The position numbers were made by a program, and so were the translations under genes. Positions 9,261 through 18,443 of a stretch of DNA of 64,000 nt are shown here, in pieces (the stretch's first letter is position 1; each line of letters starts with the position of its first letter). The DNA lies in NCBI GenBank assembly GCA_963787125.1, contig CAWBBV010000002.1, forward strand, positions 86,390 through 150,389, written 5' to 3'. Under the pieces are notes generated by a model that made no database searches, had not been told where the DNA came from, and saw nothing but the letters and a program-made list of their open reading frames with translations. This DNA is from an uncultured delta proteobacterium. Its GTDB lineage: Bacteria > Desulfobacterota > Desulfuromonadia > Geobacterales > DSM-12255.

Positions 9261-10131
9261 AGCGACCAAGAGCGGCGTTTTTGCGCGGCTGGCAATTTTT
9301 CTGGAGATGATCAAATTCTCCCATACCCTTTTTGCGCTCCCCTTCGCCCTGACCGGCGCGATTCTGGCCGCCCGTGGGCTCCCGTCGGCCGGGCAGATTT
9401 TCTGGATACTGGTGGCCATGGTCGGCGCCCGCACTGCTGCCATGGGACTTAACCGGCTGATAGATGCCGACATTGACGCGAAAAATCCCCGCACCGCCAC
9501 CAGGGCAATTCCCGCCGGACTCTTAAGCAAGGGGAGCGTTGCGCTCTTCATTGTGATTTCGATTCTGCTGCTGCTTTACGCCGCTTACCGCCTCAATCCC
9601 CTCTGCCTGAAACTGGCGCCGGTGGCTATCTTCTTTCTGGTGCTCTACTCCTACTGCAAGCGCTTCACCGCCCTTGCCCATATCGTCCTCGGCATCTGTC
9701 TTGCCGGCGCGCCAATAGGGGCCTGGCTGGCGATCTGCGGCGAAATCAGCCTCCCTCCCGTCCTCCTTGGCGCAGCCGTGCTTTTCTGGGTGGCCGGTTT
9801 CGATATCCTTTATGCCTTACAGGATCTGGAGTTTGATCGCCAGGCAGGGCTGCACTCAATCCCGGTCATCCTCGGCGTGACCGGCTCCCTCTGGCTCGCC
9901 CGGCTCTTTTCGCTGCTGATGGTGCTCCTCTTGATCTGGCTCTGCGTGGCCATGCAGCTGGGGATCGCCTTCATCTGCGGCATCGCATCGGTATCGCTGC
10001 TCCTTTTTTACGAGCACTGGCTCTTAAGAAACGGCGATCTGGCAAAGCTTGATCTCGCCTTTTTCACCATGAACGGCTATGTCAGCATCATCATTTTTGT
10101 GACAACAGTGGTTGAAATCTTTTTCTCTTGA
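9253..10131 (+). CDS. ubiA: UbiA-family polyprenyltransferase (menaquinone pathway type)
   Basis: IKFSHTLFALPF, NRLIDADIDAKNPRT, DILYALQD. Confidence 0.92.
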   Translation: MNEATKSGVFARLAIFLEMIKFSHTLFALPFALTGAILAARGLPSAGQIFWILVAMVGARTAAMGLNRLIDADIDAKNPRTATRAIPAGLLSKGSVALFIVISILLLLYAAYRLNPLCLKLAPVAIFFLVLYSYCKRFTALAHIVLGICLAGAPIGAWLAICGEISLPPVLLGAAVLFWVAGFDILYALQDLEFDRQAGLHSIPVILGVTGSLWLARLFSLLMVLLLIWLCVAMQLGIAFICGIASVSLLLFYEHWLLRNGDLAKLDLAFFTMNGYVSIIIFVTTVVEIFFS

Positions 10132-10153
10132 ATTGGAACAGATACCGCATAAT

Positions 10154-10169
10154 ACATCAATATTGATGT
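10154..10169. promoter_or_regulatory. Perfect 16-bp palindrome, likely TA operator
   Basis: ACATCAATATTGATGT immediately upstream of the toxin gene. Confidence 0.6.
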
Positions 10170-10178
10170 TGAGGGTTT

Positions 10179-10529
10179 ATGAATTTCATAGTAGAGTTAT
10201 ACGAGACAGCAAGCGGGAATTGTCCTGTCAGGGATTTTCTGGACGCACTGAAAACAAGAGATCCCGACGATTTTGCCGCCGTTCTTGCCGGCTTGGCAAA
10301 GCTGCGTGATCGGCAGTATCACCGCGAACCGCTCTCCAAGTCACTTGGAGACGGCCTGTTTGAGCTGCGCCACGTCGGCAAGCTGAACACTCGGGTTTTG
10401 TGGTTTTTTGTGAAAGGGCAGCGCATCATTGCCGTACACGGCATCCGCAATAAAGGGCAGGCAATTCCGCGGCAGGATCTGGCTACAGCAGCCGAAAGAA
10501 TGGCCGATTGGCTGCAAAGGATGAAGTGA
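10179..10529 (+). CDS. RelE/HigB-like (Gp49-type) toxin
   Basis: FIVELYETASG...LGDGLFELR...RVLWFF...HGIRNK; stop overlaps antitoxin start. Confidence 0.85.
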   Translation: MNFIVELYETASGNCPVRDFLDALKTRDPDDFAAVLAGLAKLRDRQYHREPLSKSLGDGLFELRHVGKLNTRVLWFFVKGQRIIAVHGIRNKGQAIPRQDLATAAERMADWLQRMK

Positions 10530-10867
10530 TGGAAAAGACTAATTTTGACAATTATCTTGATCAGCAGCTGCAAGATTCCGAATTTGCCACTCGCTTTGCA
10601 GCGGCTGGTGAGGCGTGGGATGTGGCGCTGCAGATAACAGAGTTGCGGCGCAAGTCCGGGCTCTCCCAAAAAGAGCTGGCCAAACTGCTGCACACATCAC
10701 AACAACAGATCAGCCGACTGGAGTCGCCGGGGTACGAAGGGCACTCTCTGAGCATGCTCCGCCGGGTTGCCCATACTCTGCATGCGCGGGTGCGCGTGGT
10801 GTTCGAGCCGGAGGATGCGGTGGGGTTGCGGGTGGCGGAGAGTAAAGGGGAGTATAAGGGTGTGTGA
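10529..10867 (+). CDS. XRE/HTH antitoxin
   Basis: LRRKSGLSQKELAKLLHTSQQQISRLE. Confidence 0.85.
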   Translation: MEKTNFDNYLDQQLQDSEFATRFAAAGEAWDVALQITELRRKSGLSQKELAKLLHTSQQQISRLESPGYEGHSLSMLRRVAHTLHARVRVVFEPEDAVGLRVAESKGEYKGV

Positions 10868-11220
10868 TTGCCGTTTGAGCTGATTACAAAACCGGGAAGT
10901 GTCCCTATTTTTCACGAATCCGATGTTCCGGCCGGGTCAGTCATGAGATCAGCTGCAAATAGCTGTTTCGCCCCGTGCAGAGCGGCTCTACAGGTTATCG
11001 AGATAAATAAGGCAGTTACAAGGTTTTAGCGGTAATAATAGTCACTGCGACTGGTGAATGGAGACCGCAGCGGGGTCAACCCCTGACACGAGACAAAAGT
11101 GAAAATCGTAAATAAGCGTGAGGTGCGGAACAAAAAAGATTCCGGGTTACACGAGAATGAGTTAACGAGCACAGAGGAGAAAGGTCTTAGAAGCGGGTCT
11201 ATAATATTGCTTTCGGAGAC

Positions 11221-11532
11221 TCATGCTGCGAGCAGTTCTTTCAAAACATCCGGTTTTTTTATGGCAATAGTGATAAGCGACTTTGCCGCGCCCGACGGCG
11301 CACGACGCCCCTGCTCCCACTCTTGGAGAGTGCGGAGCGACACACCGAGCAATTTAGCAAACTCGCTCTGGGAGAAACCTATCCTGAGACGGGACGCTAC
11401 CAGAGGAGAAACTTCTATGGTAGACACTCTCCCGACCCTGCCAGCTTTGAGGTCCCGCACGGCTTGGAGCAGTTCCTCGCCGATGTTGCGCTTTGCATCA
11501 CGTTCGAGCAATTCTTTTTCATCGAGTGGCAT
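11221..11532 (-). CDS. HigA2-like HTH antitoxin
   Basis: SQSEFAKLLGVSLRTLQEWEQGRRAPSGAA. Confidence 0.88.
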   Translation of the reverse strand: MPLDEKELLERDAKRNIGEELLQAVRDLKAGRVGRVSTIEVSPLVASRLRIGFSQSEFAKLLGVSLRTLQEWEQGRRAPSGAAKSLITIAIKKPDVLKELLAA

Positions 11533-11839
11533 GTTCCATCTCCTCTTTAAGGGCTTTGAGAATATGACCGGGAATACTGTCAACGGCACTCTTGGCATAA
11601 ATCAGAAGTAACCAGATTTGCCCGGCCTCTGTTCGGGCAAAATAGAGAACCCTGACACCGCCGCTTTTGCCGGTTCCCCGACGGTTCCAGCGCACCTTGC
11701 GAACCCCGCCAGAGCCGCGTACCACGTCGCCCATATCAGAATTGGCGGCAAGATATTCCTGAAAGACTCCGTATTCGGTATCTGTCAGGTAATCATGTAC
11801 CTGTTTCGTAAACAGTGGCGATTCGACAAAAGTGACCAT
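11519..11839 (-). CDS. HigB2/RelE-like toxin
   Basis: FVESPLF...GSGGVRKVRW...GKSGGVRVLY...LLIYAK. Confidence 0.88.
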   Translation of the reverse strand: MVTFVESPLFTKQVHDYLTDTEYGVFQEYLAANSDMGDVVRGSGGVRKVRWNRRGTGKSGGVRVLYFARTEAGQIWLLLIYAKSAVDSIPGHILKALKEEMEHATR

Positions 11840-11845
11840 GAACCG

Positions 11846-11873
11846 ATTATACGGCAATGACGTATAAAGTCAA
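11846..11873 (-). promoter_or_regulatory. Sigma70 promoter with overlapping operator palindrome
   Basis: -35 TTGACT (11873-11868), -10 TATAAT (11851-11846), inverted repeat TTATACG/CGTATAA 11847-11867. Confidence 0.7.
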
Positions 11874-12233
11874 CCGGCGAATTTGATTGAGAGAGATGAT
11901 ATTTTGAACCGCGTGAACCTTTATAACGCCCTTCACATATTCACATTTAAGGAAAAGTGATGTCCCAAAAAGCCCCATAGAAGTAAACCGCGCGAAAAAA
12001 GCCTGGCGGGCGGGTCATGGGGGAACACCGTTATCGCGTCACGATATCGCGGTGAAGACTGTCTGGAACTGGCTTTGAAAACACCTGACCAGACCCCGCA
12101 ATCCCTTGGGTGAATGCGCCTATGCTGGCATCAGGCAATAGCGATAAAAAACCGGACAACGGAATATTTCTTGTAAATCCACGATTAAATAATTAAATTG
12201 CAAGGGATGAGATCCTCTCAGCCTGGGGGCAAC

Positions 12234-12430
12234 ATGATTCCCCGTTTTATTTCAGCAACAATTCAGCGCCTTGCTGCAGGTTTTCCGGTTGTTGTTCTTA
12301 CCGCCCCCCGCACTCACTCCGCATTTTGCCAACTTCGGTAAACGTCTGGTCAAAACCCCGAAGCTCTATTTTCAAGACTCGGGGCTGGCGGCATTTCTTC
12401 TGGGAATCCAGACACCGGCGCAGCTTTCTA
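12234..12430 (+). pseudogene. AAA ATPase/DUF4143 remnant with large internal deletion
   Basis: N-terminal MIPRFISATIQRLAAGFPVVVLTAPR joined out of frame to NFGKRLVKTPKLYFQDSGLAAFLLGI. Confidence 0.7.
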
Positions 12431-12489
12431 TTGCCTCACTCAAGAAGCGACTGCGCAGCGCTCAGGCAGAGCTGTTTGACAGCTTCCCC

Positions 12490-12793
12490 CCTTTACTACT
12501 GGGGCGATATTGACACTCACGGCTTTGCCATCCTTGATCAGCTCCGCAGCTCCTTCGACCACGTAGAGTCATTACTGATGGATCGCCGCACCCTGCTTGC
12601 CTTCGAAGCGCTCTGGGGGGTGGAAGAGCAGCAGACCCTCCGCGCTCTCCCCCGGCTTAACCGGGAGGAGAGCGCTCTTTACGACGATTTGCGGGATAAT
12701 CGTCTCCGCCAGAACCTGCGGCTTGAGCAGGAGAGGATTGGCTTTAGCTGGGTAGAGAGTGCTATTCAGAACTTAGGAGCCGTAAATGAGTAA
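12490..12793 (+). pseudogene. Wadjet JetD (DUF2220 TOPRIM) C-terminal remnant
   Basis: YWGDIDTHGFAILDQLR...LRLEQERI signature; no N-terminus. Confidence 0.75.
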
Positions 12794-12957
12794 CATGGTC
12801 AAAATTGCGCTCAGATTTAGGTCAGATTTGGCTGAACTGATTGAGGCAAACCGCAGGCGTAGCTTGGGCTACGTCGAGGATTTGACGATTGAGGTTCGGC
12901 TAAAGATGACCTGAAGATGAGATGCAAGATGCTCATGTTATTTGTTTCAGCTCCTTA
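12773..12957. repeat. ~185-bp palindromic intergenic element
   Basis: Nested imperfect inverted repeats: AGGAGC..TAACATG / CATGTTA..GCTCCT; AGGTCAGATTTGGCTGAAC / GTTCGGCTAAAGATGACCT; central CGTAGC-TTGG-GCTACG. Confidence 0.7.
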
Positions 12958-13155
12958 CGCATCAACGCCACGGGATGAGTGCCAGGCAACTTCATGAGAG
13001 TAACTGTTGCTGCGTCGGGGGAATTTAAGCAAGCAATGCAATGATAACAGCGTAGTAACTTAACTTCGGATGTCCGAAGTTTTTATTGTTCTAATTGTAG
13101 AAGATGGTAAGTTAGTCAAGCAGCAAATTTTACCCCCGCGAAGGGATTGTGGCCG

Positions 13156-14328
13156 ATGAAAAACCCAGCGAAAGATGACCGTCTGAAAACCAATTCGCAT
13201 TCGCTGCACTCCTTTGTGGAGTTGACCGGAGCGATACAGCGAGTCCATGAGGAGTTGGCGGCACAGGCCAGCCGTGCAGTCAACGTCAGCCTGACCCTGC
13301 GTAACTGGCTGATTGGTTACCATATCGAAGAATATGAGCGTATCGGAAAAGATCGCGCTGAATATGGCGAACGGCTGATGGACGCGCTGGCAGCCGAACT
13401 GACAGCTTTGGGTGTTTCCCGCTGCGATCGACGAGAGTTGTACCGTTACCGGCAGTTCTATCTTACCTACCCGCAAATTGTGGAGGCGCTGACTCCACAA
13501 TTGGACCAATACCTTGGTGGACTGAGCCAAGTGGCTGAATTGGCTGAGAAGTTCAAGCGTGTCCGAATTGTGGAGTCAGTGACTCCCAAATGTCAAATAG
13601 ACGGTAAAGCACTGGCAACAAAACTCTCCTTTACGCATATTGCTGAGCTTATCAATATCGACGACAACACCAAGCGGGCTTTCTACGAAATCGAGTGCCT
13701 GCGCGGTAATTGGTCAGTCCGCGAGCTGAAACGGCAGATCGGCAGTCTCTATTATGAACGTTCTGGTTTGTCCCTGAACAAGGAGAAACTCTCCGAATTG
13801 GCAAATCAGTCCGCGGAACGGGCAGAGTCTCGCCTGGCAATTCGTGATCCCTATATCTTTGAATTTCTCGGACTCCGCCCCAAGGAGGTCATGGGGGAGT
13901 CTCACCTCGAAGATCAACTGATCGACAAGTTAGAAGAGTTCCTGCTGGAAATGGGCCACGGCTTCTGTTTCGAGGCCCGGCAAAAGCGCATTCTCATTGG
14001 CGACGAACACTTTTTTATCGACCTGGTTTTCTACCACCGCCTTCTCAAGTGCCATGTACTGGTAGAGCTGAAGCTGCAAAAATTCAGTCAGGAAAATATC
14101 GGCCAGCTCAACACCTACGTAAGCTGGTATCGCAAAAATATGATGACCGAGGGGGACAACCCGCCTATCGGTATCCTGCTCTGCACCGACAAGAATCACG
14201 CCCTCGCCGAATATGCCTTGGCGGGGCTTGACAACAACCTCTTCGTCTCCAAATACCTGCTGGAGCTGCCCAGGAAAGAGGAGATGCAGCGGTTTATCGA
14301 TGCGCAGATTCGGCAGGTGCGGCCATGA
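13156..14328 (+). CDS. YhcG/DUF1016 PD-(D/E)xK nuclease family protein
   Basis: WSVRELKRQI, RDPYIFEFL, FIDLVFYHRLLKCHVLVELK, IGILLC. Confidence 0.92.
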   Translation: MKNPAKDDRLKTNSHSLHSFVELTGAIQRVHEELAAQASRAVNVSLTLRNWLIGYHIEEYERIGKDRAEYGERLMDALAAELTALGVSRCDRRELYRYRQFYLTYPQIVEALTPQLDQYLGGLSQVAELAEKFKRVRIVESVTPKCQIDGKALATKLSFTHIAELINIDDNTKRAFYEIECLRGNWSVRELKRQIGSLYYERSGLSLNKEKLSELANQSAERAESRLAIRDPYIFEFLGLRPKEVMGESHLEDQLIDKLEEFLLEMGHGFCFEARQKRILIGDEHFFIDLVFYHRLLKCHVLVELKLQKFSQENIGQLNTYVSWYRKNMMTEGDNPPIGILLCTDKNHALAEYALAGLDNNLFVSKYLLELPRKEEMQRFIDAQIRQVRP

Positions 14329-14386
14329 AAGGTACGTCCAGGCTTAATTTCGTGCCTTTCTGTAACATTGGCTTCAGGAGGTCTAA

Positions 14387-14989
14387 ATGAAACGTCACAT
14401 CGCCGTCGCCATAACCGGCGCCTCAGGCGCAATTTACGGCATCAGGTTGATTGAAGAGCTCCTTAAAGCCGGCAGCCGCGTCAGCCTTTTAATAAGTAAA
14501 AGCGGGCTGATTGTCCTGAAGGAGGAGTGTGGGCTTGACTGGTCGGGCGACGAAAATGCCATGAACGGCACTATTCGCGCTTATTTCAAGGTTGCAGCCG
14601 ACTCTCTTGTCTACTATGGCGACAACAATTTCTTCTCTCCCCTGGCGAGCGGCTCGGCCGCTCCGGCGGCGATGATTGTCGCCCCCTGCTCTATGGGGAG
14701 CCTGGCACGGATCGCCGCCGGTCTTTCCGGCAATCTTCTGGAGCGGGCCGCCGATGTGATGCTCAAAGAGGGGAAGCCGCTGCTGCTCCTGCCGCGGGAA
14801 ACGCCCTTTTCCGCCATCCATCTGGAAAACATGCTCAAGCTGGCCCGTCTCGGCGTGCGGATCATCCCGGCCATGCCCGGATTCTACGGCCATCCGCGGA
14901 CTATTGACGATATTGTTGATTTTGTTGTCGGGAAAATGCTGGATCAGCTTGGGATTGAGGGAAATCTTTTCAAACGGTGGAGGGAGTAA
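14387..14989 (+). CDS. ubiX: Flavin prenyltransferase UbiX
   Basis: ITGASGAIYG, ASGS, PCSMGSL, PRETP, PAMPGFY. Confidence 0.96.
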   Translation: MKRHIAVAITGASGAIYGIRLIEELLKAGSRVSLLISKSGLIVLKEECGLDWSGDENAMNGTIRAYFKVAADSLVYYGDNNFFSPLASGSAAPAAMIVAPCSMGSLARIAAGLSGNLLERAADVMLKEGKPLLLLPRETPFSAIHLENMLKLARLGVRIIPAMPGFYGHPRTIDDIVDFVVGKMLDQLGIEGNLFKRWRE

Positions 14990-15060
14990 ACAACCGCGCG
15001 ACTTGATCCTTCCCCCCGGCGACCTTGCGTCCAGCAACTCCTTGCACTATAATCCCTGCC

Positions 15061-16848
15061 ATGAAACTTCTCCTGACAACCCTGCACTCCCGCTATATTC
15101 ACTCATCACTGGCACTCCCCTGCATAGCCGCTGCATGTGCCGCCATCCCCGGGTTGGATACTGTTATCCGGGAGCATACTGTCAATGAGCGCCCCGAAAA
15201 GGTCCTCGTCGTCCTGGCGCGTGAAGATGCCGACATCATCGCCTTTTCCTGTTACATCTGGAATATCGAGCAGACTCTCAAGCTGGCAGCTGAACTGAAA
15301 CTTCTGCATCCCCATAGCTATATAATTCTCGGCGGTCCGGAAGTTTCTTACGGCAGCCTTGAGCTCATGGCCGCCAACCCGCAGATTGACGCCATTGTCC
15401 ATGGCGAAGGCGAGGAGGCTGTCCGCTCGCTTATGGAGCTTCTGACCGAATCTTCCGGACGGGCCATTTCTGACGAGAGCCTTGCTGCCATCGGCAGCAT
15501 CTCTTTTCGTAGCGGCGAGGAAATCATCGCCGCAGCTGAAAACGCTGCCATGAAGGAGCTTGACAAGCTCCCATCCCCCTTTGCCGCCGGTCTTGTCGAT
15601 ACGTCAAAACCTCTCGTCTACGTGGAAACTTCAAGAGGTTGTCCTTTTTCCTGCGCCTTCTGCCTCTCTTCGGTAGAAAAGGGTGTTCGTTCCTTCTCAA
15701 CGGCGCGCATCGAAAGCGATCTGCTCCTCCTGATGCAGCAGAGGGTAGATACCATCAAACTGGTCGACCGCACTTTTAACTATGACCCTGTCAGAGCCGA
15801 ACAGATCTGGAAATTCATTCTGGCAAACAACCGGACCAGCCGTTTTCACTTTGAGATAGCAGCAGACCTGCTGACTGAAGCAAACATCACGCTCCTGAAA
15901 TCAGTCCCTGCCCGGACGTTCCGCTTTGAAATCGGCGTGCAGTCAACAACAGCAGCGGCTCTTGCCCGGGTGGAGAGAAAATTTGACCAGAAAAAGCTGT
16001 TTGCAAATATCAGCCGCTTAATAGCAGAGACAGCCGTCACTATCCATCTTGATCTTGTTGCCGGGCTTCCGGGCGAGGATTTTACGGGGTTTACCGAATC
16101 TCTCGACCTGCTGCTGGCGTTAAAACCCCATCACATCCAGGCAGAGCTTCTCAAGATGCTCAAAGGGACTGCCATAAGGAAGAGTGCCAAAGAGAACGGT
16201 TACAGCTTTTCGCCATTCCCGCCTTACCGGATCCTCAAAAGTAATGCACTTTCCTTCGAGGATATCTGCCGGATAGAAGAGTGTGCAGAGGCCCTTGAAG
16301 TGATTTACAACAGTGGCCGTTTTGCCGTCACCCTTGAGATGCTCTCAAGGCATCATTCACTAACCGCGCTTTTCACTGCCGGGAGAATTGCTCAGGAGAT
16401 TGCGGCTCTGGGGGGGAAACATCTTGCCGGCTCATTCGGGGCGGTTCTGGGACTGGCTGAAAAACTCTTCCCTGAACTCATTGAAACGATCAAGGAGACC
16501 CTTTGCTTTGACTACTGCATGGCGGGGCATCCGGGGAGTTCTCTTCCTGCATTTTTTCAAAAAGAGAGCGGCGGCTCATTGCCGCCGCTACCCTTTCCTG
16601 AAATAGCCGCCAGACTTTCTCTGCCCGGCGGAAGCAGATTCAGAACCTTTACAGCCAATTTCGGGCGGGATTACAGTGACAGCGGCCGAAGTGAAGGCAG
16701 CACGGACATAACCTTTGTCTACTGCCATCTGGAGGAAAGACAGCAGGTCCTGCTTCTTGCTGAAGCTGCTGCCCAAAACGATAACAGCTTGAGCTATTTA
16801 AGTTTATACTTGCCGTCTTCACCAAACTCAACCGAACCGTTAAAGTAG
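15061..16848 (+). CDS. B12-binding radical SAM protein
   Basis: N-terminal B12-binding region (SCYIWN, GGPE); RGCPFSCAFC. Confidence 0.9.
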   Translation: MKLLLTTLHSRYIHSSLALPCIAAACAAIPGLDTVIREHTVNERPEKVLVVLAREDADIIAFSCYIWNIEQTLKLAAELKLLHPHSYIILGGPEVSYGSLELMAANPQIDAIVHGEGEEAVRSLMELLTESSGRAISDESLAAIGSISFRSGEEIIAAAENAAMKELDKLPSPFAAGLVDTSKPLVYVETSRGCPFSCAFCLSSVEKGVRSFSTARIESDLLLLMQQRVDTIKLVDRTFNYDPVRAEQIWKFILANNRTSRFHFEIAADLLTEANITLLKSVPARTFRFEIGVQSTTAAALARVERKFDQKKLFANISRLIAETAVTIHLDLVAGLPGEDFTGFTESLDLLLALKPHHIQAELLKMLKGTAIRKSAKENGYSFSPFPPYRILKSNALSFEDICRIEECAEALEVIYNSGRFAVTLEMLSRHHSLTALFTAGRIAQEIAALGGKHLAGSFGAVLGLAEKLFPELIETIKETLCFDYCMAGHPGSSLPAFFQKESGGSLPPLPFPEIAARLSLPGGSRFRTFTANFGRDYSDSGRSEGSTDITFVYCHLEERQQVLLLAEAAAQNDNSLSYLSLYLPSSPNSTEPLK

Positions 16849-18068
16849 TTAACGCGATATTTTTTTGCCTTGAGGAAATCGTACGCCATTTCGGCCCGGA
16901 CCGCATCAGCGGCAAAAACCACCTGAATCTTCTCCCTGTTCAGTTCGCCGTACCTTTTCGCCAGCTCCGCCAGAGGGATACTCCTGGCATTGCGGAGCCC
17001 GCCTTTTTTTTGCTCTGCAGCAGTTCTGACATCGACAATTTCAACCATTACCGTGGAAAGTATCGCCATCTCGAAGTCCTCGGGTTTAAGCCGCCCGCCA
17101 TGACTTGCTGCGGCCGAAGTGCTCTGTACTTCGGCAGGGCCAGGTTCCAGCACTTCGGCGTTTTTTACCCACGCGACTGCGCCACCGGGATAGATGGTGA
17201 CATTTTTGTACCCCCACCCTTTGATGGTCTCGGCCGCAGTGACAGAGTCTTTATCAGCGGCACCGTATATGACTATCGGCGCGAGCCGCTCCAGGGGAAA
17301 GTACCCGAAATAATCTTTTAGCTGCGCTGCAGGGTAGTTCACGGCCCCCTCTATATGACCCTGTGCCACCTGCTCTTCCTGGCGGATATCGATGACGACA
17401 GGTTTTGTTTTGCGGATAAATGCCGTCGATGCAGCAAGCACTCTGCCGGACTCAAGCCAGCCCGCCGTGCCGTCGGTGAAGATTGCACTATCAGTGTAAC
17501 CGATTCTAGTGGAGATCTCCGCAGCTTTACCGGCGGACGCCCCCCCCTGCCCTTGATCATAGAAAATAAGTTTTGCCGCTTTATTTTCTGGCAGCAGGCT
17601 GTAAGTCTTTTTTTCAAGTCTTGAGAGAGGCAGCGTCTGGGCTCCGGGGATGTGACCTGCGTCATAATGCTCTGTCGGTCTGGTATCCAGCAAATAAACG
17701 GGATGGCTGCCAGCTGTACCAGCCAAATTCTCCAGCAGCTGCTCAAGAGTTATGACCTTCATCCCGGCAGGTACCGGCGTTTTATGCCTTGAAACTGACC
17801 CGGCAACAAAAATTTCACCAATTCGCCTGAAATCGACGCTAAGTGCCTCTCCAGGCTTCAGATCCGCAGAGTTGCTTATGCCGTTCCAGGCAGTTTTGTT
17901 GTCCCAGGCAATAAAAATTACCTCGCCCTGATCACTCGCAAACGTAAACAGCTTTGACTCTCCTGCTATCGCCTTGATTTTCCCATTAACTACCTCAGCG
18001 CCAGCAATCCCGTTAAGCGCTAGCACAAGCGCGACTACCGCGATGATCCTTACAAGTAAACCGTTCAT
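16794..18068 (-). CDS. Secreted multi-rhodanese-domain protein
   Basis: Signal peptide; three DxR...GHIxGA-like repeats. Confidence 0.8.
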   Translation of the reverse strand: MNGLLVRIIAVVALVLALNGIAGAEVVNGKIKAIAGESKLFTFASDQGEVIFIAWDNKTAWNGISNSADLKPGEALSVDFRRIGEIFVAGSVSRHKTPVPAGMKVITLEQLLENLAGTAGSHPVYLLDTRPTEHYDAGHIPGAQTLPLSRLEKKTYSLLPENKAAKLIFYDQGQGGASAGKAAEISTRIGYTDSAIFTDGTAGWLESGRVLAASTAFIRKTKPVVIDIRQEEQVAQGHIEGAVNYPAAQLKDYFGYFPLERLAPIVIYGAADKDSVTAAETIKGWGYKNVTIYPGGAVAWVKNAEVLEPGPAEVQSTSAAASHGGRLKPEDFEMAILSTVMVEIVDVRTAAEQKKGGLRNARSIPLAELAKRYGELNREKIQVVFAADAVRAEMAYDFLKAKKYRVNYFNGSVEFGEDGKYKLK

Positions 18069-18261
18069 ACTTGCCCTCCTTTGCAGATTGTGAACTATAG
18101 CACAGGGGGAGCCAAAAACAATCGACTTTGGGTCTGAAGCTGCGCCGGATGGCATTCTTCCGGGGGAGACAGACTATTCAAGACGCTGAAATTCTCTGAT
18201 GACACCGTAGCTATTATGTGCTATATATCACGACTCTAACGATTATTTTCGCTGGGTTTTG

Positions 18262-18385
18262 CGGGCAGAGATGATAGCTGGGTCCTGCGCAACGGCAGGT
18301 TATGAATCCCGTCAGATCCGGAAGGAAGCAGCGGCAGTAACTGAAACGTGTGCCGCAGGGGAGCCCAGCTATCAACTCTGCCCGT
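18262..18385 (+). ncRNA. ffs: Signal recognition particle 4.5S RNA
   Basis: GTCAGATCCGGAAGGAAGCAGC core in a long hairpin; upstream of dnaX; ends approximate. Confidence 0.9.
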
Positions 18386-18443
18386 AATTTATTCAAACCT
18401 CCCCGCTACGACTCTCCGCCACGAAAATAAAGGAAATTTATTA

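Noticed and set aside
10132..14386. Integron cassette array
   Set aside because: No integron integrase and no convincing attC (RYYYAAC...GTTRRRY) sites found by eye
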